NCBI GenBank assembly: GCA_043228905.1
Contig: JBHGNT010000001.1
Location: 37,138,001 to 37,202,000, forward strand
Origin: Azolla caroliniana
Lineage: Eukaryota > Plantae > Polypodiophyta
Direction: 5' to 3'
Length of the DNA stretch: 64,000 bases
Shown: piece after piece, positions 26,061-39,200 of the stretch
Layout: each line of letters starts with the position of its first letter
Position numbering within the stretch: the stretch's first letter is position 1
The notes under the pieces: generated by a model
Told to the model about the DNA's origin: nothing
Databases searched by the model: none
Seen by the model: only the letters and a program-made list of their open reading frames with translations
Position numbers and translations under genes: made by a program

Positions 26061-29000
26061 GGATTATTACATAGAGAGTCTACAAGGAGACTTATACACA
26101 CATCGGGGAGTCTACCTCCGATCAAGTAAAAGAAGATCAGCCTACTTACAATGCCTTGCGGCCTAACTTAATGTAAGATGTTCTATTCTCTATTTTTCTA
26201 ATGAAATCAAATGCTCGGAAACACATGCTCTTCTCTTTAGAAAATTAGTTTTCAAAAGTCCATGACCTTGGAATTAGGATAACATGTACAAAATTTTGGA
26301 GGAAGTTATCTAGAAAGAAAATGCATGGTAAGAAGCATTAGGCTGATGGTAGTAGCATTTACATCACCAATTTCTTTGGTTGATATGCTAATAGCATTTG
26401 CATCCCCTATCCATGTTATGAAGCGGAGATCAAAATGTCGTGTATTCCAACCATGACAATTGGAACCAAATATTGACTACTACAAGAGGCCCAAGTATTG
26501 AGCATTCATGTTTTTCTATTTTTATTGTCCAATTTTGTGCATGATTAACAAAGAAATTGAATATTGTTTTGTCCTAGTTGTCACATTCATAAGCAATTAC
26601 ACTAACAACTCAAATGTTTGTGCATAACTGCAATATATATAAAACATCAACATACTGGAAAAATCTTTTATGGGGTATTGTAGGACAAATGTGGTCTCTG
26701 ATTTCACATCTCTTCATCAAGAACACTTGTTCATTTGGAAGTAAAATGAGCTATATATTCAATTCTTGTCTTGTGCAGATTTTAAATATAATTGCAACAA
26801 ACCTTCTTACTTCATGGCTCTGAGGCCAGCCGCCAAACAATAACTTAATGTTGACATCTTAAAGAGGACAATGAGTATTAAGCAAGTCTACAACCAAGTT
26901 TTTGATTATAACAAAAAGGAACCAAATGCTTAATTTGCATACATCTTGTTCTATTGCGACTAGAGAATAGGATTGCTTTAATCCTAATTCAATATCAGAG
27001 TCTCTTGGCATGGATATGATTGAAATTTGATAGAAATTGAATTTTTGGGGAAAAACTCTAAATTACTCCCCCAAGGGTTTTCTTTATTTACCCAAATACC
27101 ATATGTTTTCTTTCTTTCTTTTTTCCCAAAAAAGGAGCTACTTTCCCATTAGTCAAGAGACCTTATGTTATCATTATTTCCCTAATTACCCCTTGACAGA
27201 AAGAAAACAAGGCTATGAACTTTGCCTACGCAACAAACAAAAACACAAAATTATATATCAAGATAGATTATTAACATTCATGAGAGATTGAATATGATCT
27301 ATGGTATGGGGTCGAGTCAAGGCCAAAGATTGAACTTTGATTTTGTTCATTTGATGAATTCCATGCAATAGGTGGAAATGACCAAGCCGACACCTAAAGA
27401 GGGGTCTATTTGGGGCATTTTGGGGAAATAACGAAAACATAGGGGTAGTGGGAAGTTAAAGGAGGGAGTAAGAGCAAGCAAGAGAAGAATTTGTATTATT
27501 GTTTATATTGCACTTAGAGGATATGAAGGAAATGTGGGGATCCATGGTTGCAAGCCCATCATAAGCATGGGGTGGTTATAGAAACCTTCATCATTTAGAT
27601 ACAAAAGGCCTTGATAAATGTATTTCAACCTTTTAAGAAGCCAAATTGGAGAAAGCCACTTACGTTTTTTGAAGCAAGAGAGAATAAGAAACCTCTTCTT
27701 CCTCTTCCTCCTCTTCAACCTATTCAACATGTCAGTATACCTTGTCATTGTCAGTTTAAATGTTGATCTTCCTTTCATGTTCCTTGGATTTGAACCTAGT
27801 GTCACCTTTACAATGGTCTCGACTTTGTAGTCTTGGTGCTCATGACAGACATTCACAATATTATGTGTATCATTAAATCTCTCCCATGATTCTCCTCCCC
27901 TTTTAACATCCTCGTCATTACCAACATCCTTGAACTTCCTTGGATCCTCTTCACTTGGACAATTATTGTGTCGATCATAAAGCCCTTCATACATTGGTTG
28001 CCTTTCATAATATTCCTCGTCATCACCAATCATCCCTAACTTTCTATACCAATTCATGTTTCTGAACCTTCCCAATCTTGTGTGTTGTCTATTGGTTGAT
28101 TGCCTGGTGCATGTTTCATGTAAGCCATTGTTGTTCCTATGGAAAGCATTGATAAAGTTGGCCCTGAGGCTAGGTAAAAACAACATTCCCTTTCTTCTTG
28201 ATGTCATTGTAATGAGTCTCAATTGAGATGTGCTTAAGAGGCGTACATATATTAAGCAATAGAGATTATTGAGAGATATGTACATATACAAGGAATTGCA
28301 TGAAATGAAAGGAAGGGATATATTACAAGATAACAACACACACCCAACACATTATCATTGTTATGAATGGTAGCATCAAGACCATATGAACTAATACATA
28401 CATATATGACAAACTCATATTTTGAACATTACAACTAGCTCAAGTGAGTCTTGTTCTCTTCTTTAAAAAGTTCATGATTTTGCGTATTGACATTTTAGCC
28501 CAAATTACCATGTGAAATAGCAAAATGTGTAAAACAATTACTTCAAATGCCAGCTTTCAATATTCTTTGCATCATCATACTTTGAATGCATGAAGACAAG
28601 GTATATAGTTGATTATTCGCTTGCATCATTCTTATCTCAACATTTCACTAACATGATTTGATGTGGCCCCATACTTCTCACATCATCACACAAGACCATC
28701 TTTTTCTAGTACAACAGAGGCTAATTTCTAAAGCAATCTTAAAATAGCACAAATTGCAACTGCAGACACGTTGAATTTATGAAGACCCATAATTTAACAA
28801 ATCTATTATTCCATTTCCCATGATCATCATTGATATCAATAGCAACTTTCAATGCATGAAGAATTTTGCATAATACATTGGAACATGATATTTTATGTTG
28901 TCTTTTATGGCCTTCTATTCTTTTGTTTAAAAGTTTTTACGAAGCTTGCCTTCTATGAAAAGGAACTCACATGCACGCAAGTGACTACTATTACTTCTAG

Positions 29001-30167
29001 TTGTTGGAAAGTTCAATATCTTGGCAATTCCCATTCACATGCTCTTGTTCCTTTTATATTGAAAAGTATTATTCAAACTATACATAAAGTGGCATCACAA
29101 AATGGCACTCTCGCTAACCTATGTACATAGTACATACAAAATAAAAAGTTATAATTGTTCCCATATGCGTGATAAAATAGTGGCATTGGTTTTTTTCCCA
29201 ATAATCCAAACACATACATGACATCTTATATAACAACAAATTATGCTACCAAAGTCAAACATGATTATAATTGTGCTTTCTATTTTGTCATAACCTTGAA
29301 GCGACTAACGAGGAATGTACATACAATAACCTACCCCCTTGACCTCAAGAACATATTGAGCATGGTTCTAACCCCTTATGTTAACTTTGCAATTATTTGT
29401 TAAAATAACAATTTAAATTGATAGTTTTCCTGAATTCCATGAAGACCATCCATATGAAAATAGATTATGGGCTAAACGAAGTTTGTCTTATCAAGATTGA
29501 GCCTTGCAATTAAAGGAACACGTTAATATTTGGTTTTGTCATGTGCACAAAGTTTTGTCATTAAGGAGTTGGTTCTTTATTCCATCCAAAATATCTGAAC
29601 TTTATAAAGATATGCAACATTCTCCACTCATTCTCAATGACATAAATATGTGAATCAATTCAATAGTAACATTTTCTTCCATATAATATGATTATGGTTT
29701 AGATATTTGTTCATCCTTTCAACATACACTTGTCCCTTTCAATGGGTTAGGCTCAACAAGGAAAAAGAACCATTGGTGTTCACAATGCGTCAAAGTTTAA
29801 CAATCAATATGTAACCGATGAAAACACAAAGACAAAAATGAACCAAATCCAATATACTATAATGAAGAAATATATGCGTGGCAATCAAATCACATGTACT
29901 TAAACGTTTCCTTGTTTTGTCTTTAGAACAATGCATGCCTACCCCATGAGTCATGCAAACATGTTCTTGAACAAACTTTTACTCACTAAATTTTTGCTTC
30001 AATTTATATTAATGTTTGCAATGCTAATTGTTGTTTGTACCATGTTATGGTTAAGTCTCTTGTCTAAGGTTTTAGAAAATAAGGTATTTTTTGGGGAAGG
30101 GACGGTATCCTCAAAGTACTCAATGAAGAAACTTTTCACCAAAAGATTCAACTATATACAATAGTAC

Positions 30168-30436
30168 TAACTTTTATATATTCTCATCAAGGAAATGAGT
30201 GCAAGGTGTACGTAAGTTGAGGTACCAATCCCCTTCACACTATTACATTCACTATGCTAGAAATCTCACACTAGAAGTCTGGATAACAAAAGAGGCGACC
30301 AAACGATAAATCTACAAGGAATTTAGAATATGGCTAAGTAACTTTTATATATTCTCATTGAGCAAATGAGTGCAACGTGTACGTAAGTTGAGGTACCAAT
30401 CCAATTCACACTATTAGATTCATTATGCTAGAAATT
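30168..30436. repeat. Direct duplication of about 95 bp with 171-bp period
   Basis: TAACTTTTATATATTCTCAT..AAATGAGTGCAA(G/C)GTGTACGTAAGTTGAGGTACCAATCC..TTCACACTATTA(C/G)ATTCA(C/T)TATGCTAGAAAT at 30168 and 30339. Confidence 0.88.
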
Positions 30437-30577
30437 TTGATAGCAAAAGAGGTGATATCATCTATTTGATTAGATGTTGGTATTAGCCTTTGTATCACAA
30501 TAGAGGTGAGATGAAATGTCTCCTTATGTTTTTTCTATGTACATTTCTGAAGTAATATACTAAGGTGTATCTTTCTT

Positions 30578-30695
30578 TAAAATAATAAAGTAATAAAGTA
30601 ATAAAATAATAAAATAATAAAATAATAAAATAATAAAATAATAAAATAATAAAATAATAAAATAATAAAATAATAAAATAATAAAATAATAAAAA
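30578..30695. repeat. (ATAATAAA)n 8-bp minisatellite, about 14 units
   Basis: Directly visible, almost pure A/T tandem array. Confidence 0.95.
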
Positions 30696-30978
30696 TTAGA
30701 ATATGGCTAACACTCGAACTTGGTGCACCTTCGTTTTAAAATTTCTCCACAACTATACATCAATTGTCGAGGAATAAAGATGGCCTTCTGAATTGAGATA
30801 TGGTAAATGGAACCATTCACAAGCATGTGCTGGTATAGTAATGAATGCAGTGATAATCTTAATTCCTCACTACACTTTTAACTCTTCTAATATATAATAA
30901 TGTTGCCTTTGAAAAGGGTATGCTATGGTTTCAATTGTTGCATTGGGGGAAAAAATATCAGCCCAATGTAAATGCCGT

Positions 30979-32831
30979 TGTCGTGATGTGGCGTGCTCGA
31001 GAGTGGGAAAAACCGGCGAAAGGGGGGTCAAAATGTTCATGTGCAATGTGTGTGCACACAAAGGCGATTAATTGTGCATATGCAAAATAAAAAGGAGGTA
31101 TAGAAGCTCGTGCAAAAGTAAGAGAGAAGAGAGACAAAAGGTAGAGGGGAAACAAGCTATGAATTTATAGAAATAGAATTATATATTATATAAGAGAGAG
31201 TTAGTGGGCTAGTGGATAGTTATATTGACTATATGTTAGAGGTGCATGGTTCAAATCTAAACTTATAGTGCACTGTGATTTAAAGAATTTTATTCCTTTT
31301 TCATTGAAGATAAAATTGGCGACCCCCCTTCCTTTTTTTCCTATAAAAGGAGGTCGAGGGGGCTCATTCTGGAGGTCGTTTTGGGAGGAGGAGACTATCG
31401 CCAATTTTCCTTCGAAGCTCTTCATCTTCTTATTCACCACTTCTCTTCATCTCATACCCCTTCATCCCCCCATCACCACGTGCTCGTCTTCTTCACGTCG
31501 GCACTCAAAGTGCTCGTGAGCCCAAGCTTTGTTGGTTCGACGTTGCTCCGCCCCGTTTGTCGTTGCGAGCCCGTGTGCTCGCCGTTTGGGTGGTCGTGGT
31601 TCGTTGGGATTAGCATTTTGGTGGTGCTTGTGTGTTCATCTTTGCCGTGTTCGGATTTGCTTTTGTCTCTAAGGGCATTTAATATTTATGTTTTGATTGA
31701 GCTTATAGTTAACTATAAGTTGCCATTGTAAACAAAACCCTATTTTATAAAGGGTCCTCTTGCGTTGGAATCGAACACGTATTTATCTCTTTGGTCGATA
31801 TCATTCGTGTTTCTTTCTCTCGTTCTTTCTTTATTCGTTTCTTCCTTGTACGTTTGGTCGTCTTGTGACGAGGGAGCGTTTCGGGCGTGCCCATGTACCT
31901 CTCCTCCTCATAAAGACGTACGAGCATTTGTGCGTGCGTTTGTGTCTTCCGTGTACGTTCGGCCGTCTTGTGATGAGGGGACCGTTTGGGCTTGCCCATG
32001 CACCTCTCCTCCTCATAAAGACGTACGAGCATTTGTGCGTGCGTTTGTGTCTTCCGTGTACGTTCGGTCGTCTTGTGATGAGGGGACCGTTCGAGCTTGC
32101 CCATGCACCTCTCCTCCTCATAAAGACGTACGAGCATTTGTGCGTGTGTTTGTGTCTTCCGTGTACGTTCGGCCGTCTTGTGACGAGGGGACCGTTCGGG
32201 CTTGCCCATGCACCTCTCCTCCTCATAAAGGCGTATGAGCATTTGTGTGTGTGTTTGTGTCTTCCGTGTACGTTCGGTCGTCTTGTGACGAGGGAGTGTT
32301 TTGGGCGTGCCCATGCACCTCTCCTCCTCATAAAGACGTACGGGCATTTGTGTCTTCCTTGTACGTTCGACCGTCTTGTGACGAGGGACCGTTTCGGGTG
32401 TGCCCATGCCCCTCTCCTCCTCATAAAGGCGTGCGGACATTCGTGCATGTGTTTTGTGTCTTCCTCGTACGTTCGACGTCTTGTGACGAGGGAGCGTTCG
32501 GGCGTGCCCATGCACCTCTCCTCCTCATAAAGACGTATAGACATTCGTGTTTGTGTTATCATCCCCTTGTGCGTTCATGTTGCGTGCTCATCTTGCTTGT
32601 ACCCGTTTGGTCACTTGGCTCGTGCGGTGATCTTGGAAGGTCGACGAGTCGTGATCAACGAGAACCACCGGCCTCACAAAACAAAGGGCAACGAGACCTT
32701 GCTCGGGAAGGGGTCGGGAAGTAGTATTGTCGTAAAGCAAACCTCGGGTCTTCTCTATCCCTTGAGTACTCCCTAGTCCAAGACCCCCGTGGTCCCGCCC
32801 AAGTAACACACGTGCGCAAAACTTCGCGACA
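30979..32831 (+). mobile_element. Solo LTR (about 1.85 kb) of an LTR retrotransposon, probably Ty3/gypsy-type
   Basis: Starts TGTCGTGA and ends TCGCGACA (TG...CA with a 7/8 terminal inverted repeat). Flanked by CCGT / CTGT, a 4-bp TSD with one transition. TATA box CTATAAAAGG at 31341. CpG/GC content rises sharply relative to the flanks. No PBS or gag/pol follows. Confidence 0.72.
31840..32545. repeat. Tandem array of about 7 x 105-bp CpG-rich units inside the solo LTR
   Basis: TCTTGTGAYGAGGG recurs at 31861, 31966, 32071, 32176, 32281, 32374 and 32479 (spacing 105, 105, 105, 105, 93, 105). Confidence 0.95.
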
Positions 32832-35800
32832 CTGTAAACCAAATTTACGGAGCAAATAATCAATGATTAATGCAACAACCTTATTGATTGATGTTGTACA
32901 AGCTTCATTACGTTGATCATTTAAAATATTAATTATGTATAATCTTGAATCTTTAAGCAAAAGTTTATTAGGATGTGTCCAATATGTTAAATAAAGGTTG
33001 TGTTTCACATCATGTTTAGCACATAATGCATTGTTTATAATCCGTAGAGTTTGTGTAACAACTTCAAGTGTCTACTTCGGTTCTCGAGAAGTAAAAAATG
33101 TACAATGCTTTGATTTCTATAGAAGCATTGGTATGTGAACATTAATGGCAACGAATGATGAGTGAATGCTATTCTCTCATTATTCGTTGCAACTAATGCA
33201 TATATCAATGTAATTTATAAGAATATATTATCTTAGATATGGGTTTTTGAATGAAAGTGCACTTCTATAAGGTACCTATATTCTAATTATGCAAATAGTA
33301 GGATGCACAAAAAGTTCAATGTTGAATCATAAATGTACATTTTTGCTTATAGCAACTCACATAAATTTCTAAGTCAAAGTGCTCACGTCTAATAAAAAAA
33401 CTATAGAACGAATCTTCAAAGCATAGACAACCATAGTCATGCAAGATTATTCAATAAGTTTCAAATGATACTCTTAGGTTGCAAGATTATGCAACATGTT
33501 CTCTACAATATGTCATCGAGTTTTCAGGTGAGATTCATTCATTGCTTACCTAGATGTTCATTAATGATACATATTTGGGAATGTGGGGAGATGAGCATGG
33601 TATTGGTGGTAGATGATCTTGAAAGTAGTTGGGATATGTTTGATGCCTTTCGCAAGTGGGGAGCATCATGAATCAAAAAATGGAAAGTGTGAAGTTTGAG
33701 CAAACACCTCATTGTAGAGATAGTGCAACACTTTTCTTAAGGAGCCACCCATGTCCTCCTCTCTCAAGTATAATCCTCGTAAGAAAAACAAGCATTCAGA
33801 GTTTGTAAGGGTCATGGTTCTCCAACATGAATACAAATCAAGTGGTTAGGCCAATGCTTTGAGAAGAGCAAACCAAGCCTCCTTCCCTATACGTCCTATT
33901 ATAGTTCATTTTATGCAACAACAAAGCAGCACTTATTTTAATAAGTCTCATGCTCGAATGAAGGAACAACTTTACTTTCTAAAAGTCATTGCTTTTCTTA
34001 GGAATTAAAGCCGGTGCGAGAATTTGTGCATAAGGGGAACGTGATCGACATTCCCTCCCCTCACGCATCCCAATTTTATTAGAACATAGAATAGAGACAA
34101 CAAATTGAGATCATTGTTTAGATTCATGGGCACCCTAGACGATTTAGCAACAAACAAACTACCTCAATGCCGAGATTTGCAAAAAGCTTACTCTAAGATG
34201 AGAGCATGATTAGGGAAAAATAAAAAGGCTAGAAGATGACATCAACGAGCATCAAAACTCGAGTTTACAAAATTACATCCATGGGCAAATTGAAAGGAAT
34301 TTATCTTGCACTAATTTAACAATTCATGAGCCCTCTTGCTCTTGAAAGATAATTTCTCATTGCTCTCAATTTATTTTCTTCATTCTCATGGAACTTGCTG
34401 ACGTCTTCTCCCTTCATGAATATTCCTCCTTTGTTTTGATTGGAAAATTTTAATTTCATTCTTTGATCATACTTTCTTACCCCAAAATCAGATTTCAGAT
34501 ATTTTTGCATGGAAAATGATTGTGATCATATTTAACTTGGAATCTAGGTCAGCCATCTTAGCTTCCCAAATGTGATATTTTTGAGTATATGTAAAAGGCA
34601 AAGACACTTCAAATAAAAAAAAGTTTTATGACTAACAAGCGGTGGCCATTACTGGTAAGTAAGAAGATAGTAAAAGTGTTTCTTGAAAGGTTTACATAAG
34701 CTTTTTATTGTGGCAGGTCATAAATGGAGGATTGTAAGAGACAAAAGTTTGACCTTTGTACATTTGGGATCACTCTTTAAGTGAAAGATTACAAAAGCCA
34801 TTCTTGACAAGTTTTATTTGAATCAGAGACAACATACAAATGTGAAGTGTGAAATTTCAAGGTTTGTGTTACAAGAAAGAATGCAATGCTATATCCTATA
34901 CATTATGAATTGAAACATTGAATCATAAAACTATGGACTATTGACAATATTGATTAGAGATCACAATAAATAAAGAAGACTAGGATATTCTTCATTTGGT
35001 TTTCCAACAAGTTACGGACATTATTAGTAATGGAAGAACATATGAATGGAGCAAGGTTGGTGAGCCCAATGAGGTTACTCATACTTGAATAGGCTTAAGT
35101 TTGTGAATAATGTGAGTTATGTGAAAGTTGATCCATGTTCAAGGTTTTCAGCAAATGGGTATCCATGCTCGCTACTAGAATGACATTGTAATTGTGGTGA
35201 AGCTTCTTTAATGAGAGATGTAATTCAAGGTGATCCCAAATCCATAACTATATTTTATACTACTATAGATGTGGAAACAATCATTCCACAAACAGAATTA
35301 TGCAAAATCAACTAGTGAAGAATCTAATTTTTCTCAATCTCACCACAAAGTGATTTTGTACAACATTATAAAACACATAACACTTACATAAGCTATCAAG
35401 GACAGCAAAGGCATATTACCTGAAGCCAAAAGGTTTCGATGCATCAATCTACAACTCTCAAAATGATAAATCATCCTCAAGAGGAACAAATGACAAGGAA
35501 CTACCCGATACAAAATTTCATATAATAAAATGGGGAGGGTGACAATGTTTAGGCAAGATATGAAATGATATTTGTGCTCCAGTATACTACCACCCCAAGA
35601 ACCACCCAATCAAGTGCAATTATCTAGTCCATCTGCTATGGCAATAACTAAATAACAACTCAGGGATGGTGTCCATACAACAACTAGAAAACAATACATT
35701 TCATACTCTACATTGGATGGAACCATTAATTGAAACCAACACAGCGAAGATATCAAAAGGCAACAGAAGCCATTGCAACCTGCAGTTATGTGCCATGTAG

Positions 35801-36261
35801 AGATATCCATGTAACTTTTAAGTAAATCAAAATATTAAAATACTGTTATCAATGTGAACTCTTGCACTCATATGACGAACGACATTTGCTGCAAGTCTTT
35901 CAATCTTGAATAAGCCTGTTCAGAAAAATGGCATTGGGTGTTGAAAAGGAGGCAACCCTTGTATTACAAAAATGGGATTGTGCCAATCTTTGAACAATCA
36001 CTAATATTGGTAACCAATAACAAATCATATACTAATGTACAACACATGGTATATCTTTTCTATGCCTTTTCATGTCAGTTCATTTTCAGCCGTGCTACTT
36101 TTATGTAACCAAAAAGGAGCTGATGCAAACTCATTTGTAGAGTATGCCAGTAATTTGCATTCATCAATATTGCTTAATCATATTACTCTGTTCACAGTGT
36201 GCGGAACAATCCCAGCTTGAAAAGAATATGTATCGATGACTTTAAACAAGATTCTGATATT

Positions 36262-39200
36262 TTAAAATGTAGGTCCCTCTGCTCAAAAAGATTCATGATT
36301 ATTTTTAGATATTTAATCCTTATGCGTGTGAATGGGATACCAAACTAAGAAGCATAGAAATAAAACCTACCATCATCACCTCCATCGTCTTCATCCAAGT
36401 ATTCATCATCGTCATCAAAACCAAAGTTCTGTAAAGATGTGATGTTGAAATCATTTAAAATAACGTATTAAACATACTAAATTTGCTTAAATGCAATGAT
36501 ACCAATATATATTACTGAATCTACTTACCTGTGCATAGTCATCCTCCCCAATCTCTTCTTCTTCTTCTTCATCAACCTCATCATCCTCTTCATCACCATC
36601 CTCCGTTTTCTTTTCTTCATCCTTACCCTCCTGGGTCCAGGTAAAAAGATTGATCTTAATTTCTCAATTTGGCCATTTATTACCAGAAGAAAATGCAGGC
36701 ACGCCTTACTTCTGTCATTTTCTCACTTCTTAGCTCCAGAGTTGCCAGCCTATCAAGCCGATGCAAATCTGCAAATACAATAACAGCGGTCATCTTCATC
36801 CATGAAGCAGAAAAACAAAGCTTATAATGATTTTAAGATTCACGAATTAGGCAAGAAGGAGAAAAAAGGAATGGAGGATGGGCTTTAACTAAAGGCAAGT
36901 CCCCTACTTCTGTATGTATCAGTTTCTGTTCACAAGTGTCCTCTTGACATTGATCTCAGAGATCCACATGTCAGGTTATAGTGGAGCACAATTTATGCGT
37001 TGAATGCCTACAGTGTGAGGAGGAGTATCTTGGCAAAGGCCTATAAAGATCCCAGTTTAAGCTTCCAATAATTATTTTGGGGATACTCCTATTGTGAGCT
37101 TACAGAACTATCACACTGGAACTCAGAGAATGCACATGGTTTGGAAGAAGTAGATGTGTTGAAAACATGGCTGTGTCATGGGTCTGTTTTTGAAGATGTG
37201 TGCTCAGAATTCCAGGATTTGTAGAGGAGACACCTATATGAGAACTCCTGAGCAGTATATTCAAGTTTTTTTTACCAGACATCTACAGATACCCCTACTT
37301 CTAGACCATCAATAAAATGTATCCTAATATGTAGAGCAAGCTGAGCAGATTCAGGTATGTCAAGAAATAGATTGTCAAGATACTTTCTACCCAGGCTCAA
37401 TAAGCCGAAATAAGCAAGTCAGACTTTACAAATATATGCAGGGAGAGATTTAAGGAAGTCAACATGCAAAAATCTTTAGATGTAGCTGAAACTGCCTGTC
37501 CAACATATTGATTCAGTACCATGATGACAGACAATCACCAGTTTGGAGTGAGATATCTCCTCCATATTAACAAGGAGTTTATAGCTATGATGCACTCCAC
37601 CTAGAGTTAGATTATCTACCATATCATTCCCGATATGACCCGTCTGGAGTGAGATATCTACTCCATATCAGACAAGGAGTGTAAAGCTATTATTCGCTCT
37701 ACCTAGAGCTAGACCATCTACCAGAAAGGTTTTTGAAGAATGAGACATCTTCCGCTGAATTAGTGTCTCATGCCATGATAATAAGGAGATTACAGGGGTC
37801 TCCCGGGGAAGAGTTAGAATTGAGAAGAAATATTGTATTTATTTCCATCTCTTGGGATATGCCCCCTTGATATTGATATAATTTTGGTCTAATTTGACAT
37901 TTATATGCTTCCTAATTAAATGGGCACAATTGATATCTTTATGTTGCCATTACATTTATAGCCTTAATGCAAAATGAATTTAAAACCCATAATATCTATT
38001 TCATGTTTTTTTAACAAATATAAAGTTCAGACTCTATTTCTTTATTTTGGAAACTTGTTTCTATGTTTCTGATTCTGTTTCCTAATGCCTACGTGGTAGA
38101 ATGCTTTTCTCTACCCAACCTTTGAAAACTACACAAGAAAAATATGTGTACTTTTCTCAAAAATAAGCACAAACAAATCATACTGAAGTTCAATTACCTC
38201 AGATAATTGGCTAGAGAAGTATCATCCACAAGCTCTAACTAAAGTTACACCCCCAATCAAATCAAAAGTAACCAAGATCTTCAAAAGGATCACCTAACCA
38301 CGTTCCTTTCGTGTCTTAACATCCACTAGTGATGCAGTAGTAAGTCCAGTTCTTAGCCAATTTGGTTTTCCAAGTTTTGTAACTTCTTCCTCAAACCAAT
38401 CCTTCCCAAAGAGAAAGCTCCATTCAGGCTTATATGATTCTGTTCACGCTTGTGTCCAGATAGGACTACGGAAACTGCCAGATCCGATCTTCTTTAAGCT
38501 CTGGATCATAGGTGTATGTCTAATCATATTGACTCAATAACAGTCTTCATGAGCTTGTCTTGTCTGAGTAGTAGGAAAGCCTAGATTATTATGGTAATAT
38601 GACGTTTTCCAACAAAATCTACAAAACATATGCCATCAATGAGGTTTTAGTGGCTCCAACTCTAAGAATCACAGAACACATACTTCAATGCGATAATTAT
38701 GCATCTTATCAGTAGCAACGATCATGTTTTCAAGAAGTAGAATATGCTTGTACTTTATCATCGTCCTTAAAAAAGAGAGTGAAACAAATACGAAAATGTA
38801 GAAAACGAGATTCTCATAAATTATCCTATATTATCGCAAGGTAATCTCGATTTACTATCAACATGAAATCACAAAAGTATGCCCCCCAAAAAATAAGATT
38901 GAATCAGGCAAATAAAAGAAGACAGTTATTGCACATGCCTATTAAGAAAATCAAACATTTTTTTGAGCACTAACTGAACTGTTTTTCTTGTTTGAGCATA
39001 TCCATATCAAGGTGGATGTGAATGCAACACAGCACTATTATGCTTGAACAACTTAGGTCAAAATGAGCACCTGTTTTCTGTGAGTTAGTATCCAGGGTCC
39101 ATTGTGAGGTTCCTTTATACTGTCCTTTCTTTCTATCTGTTGAAAATTTAAGACATAATCATAAGAATCCACAGAAAGCAACAATATCTTGTGAAATACA

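Noticed and set aside
31840-32545. CRISPR-like regularly spaced repeats
   Set aside because: Whole 105-bp units are similar with no unique spacers, there are no cas genes, and the context is eukaryotic. It is a tandem array in an LTR.
31745-32724. Long overlapping ORFs (157-256 aa) as protein-coding genes
   Set aside because: They arise from the stop-poor 3n tandem repeat on both strands, with no domain similarity or splice structure.
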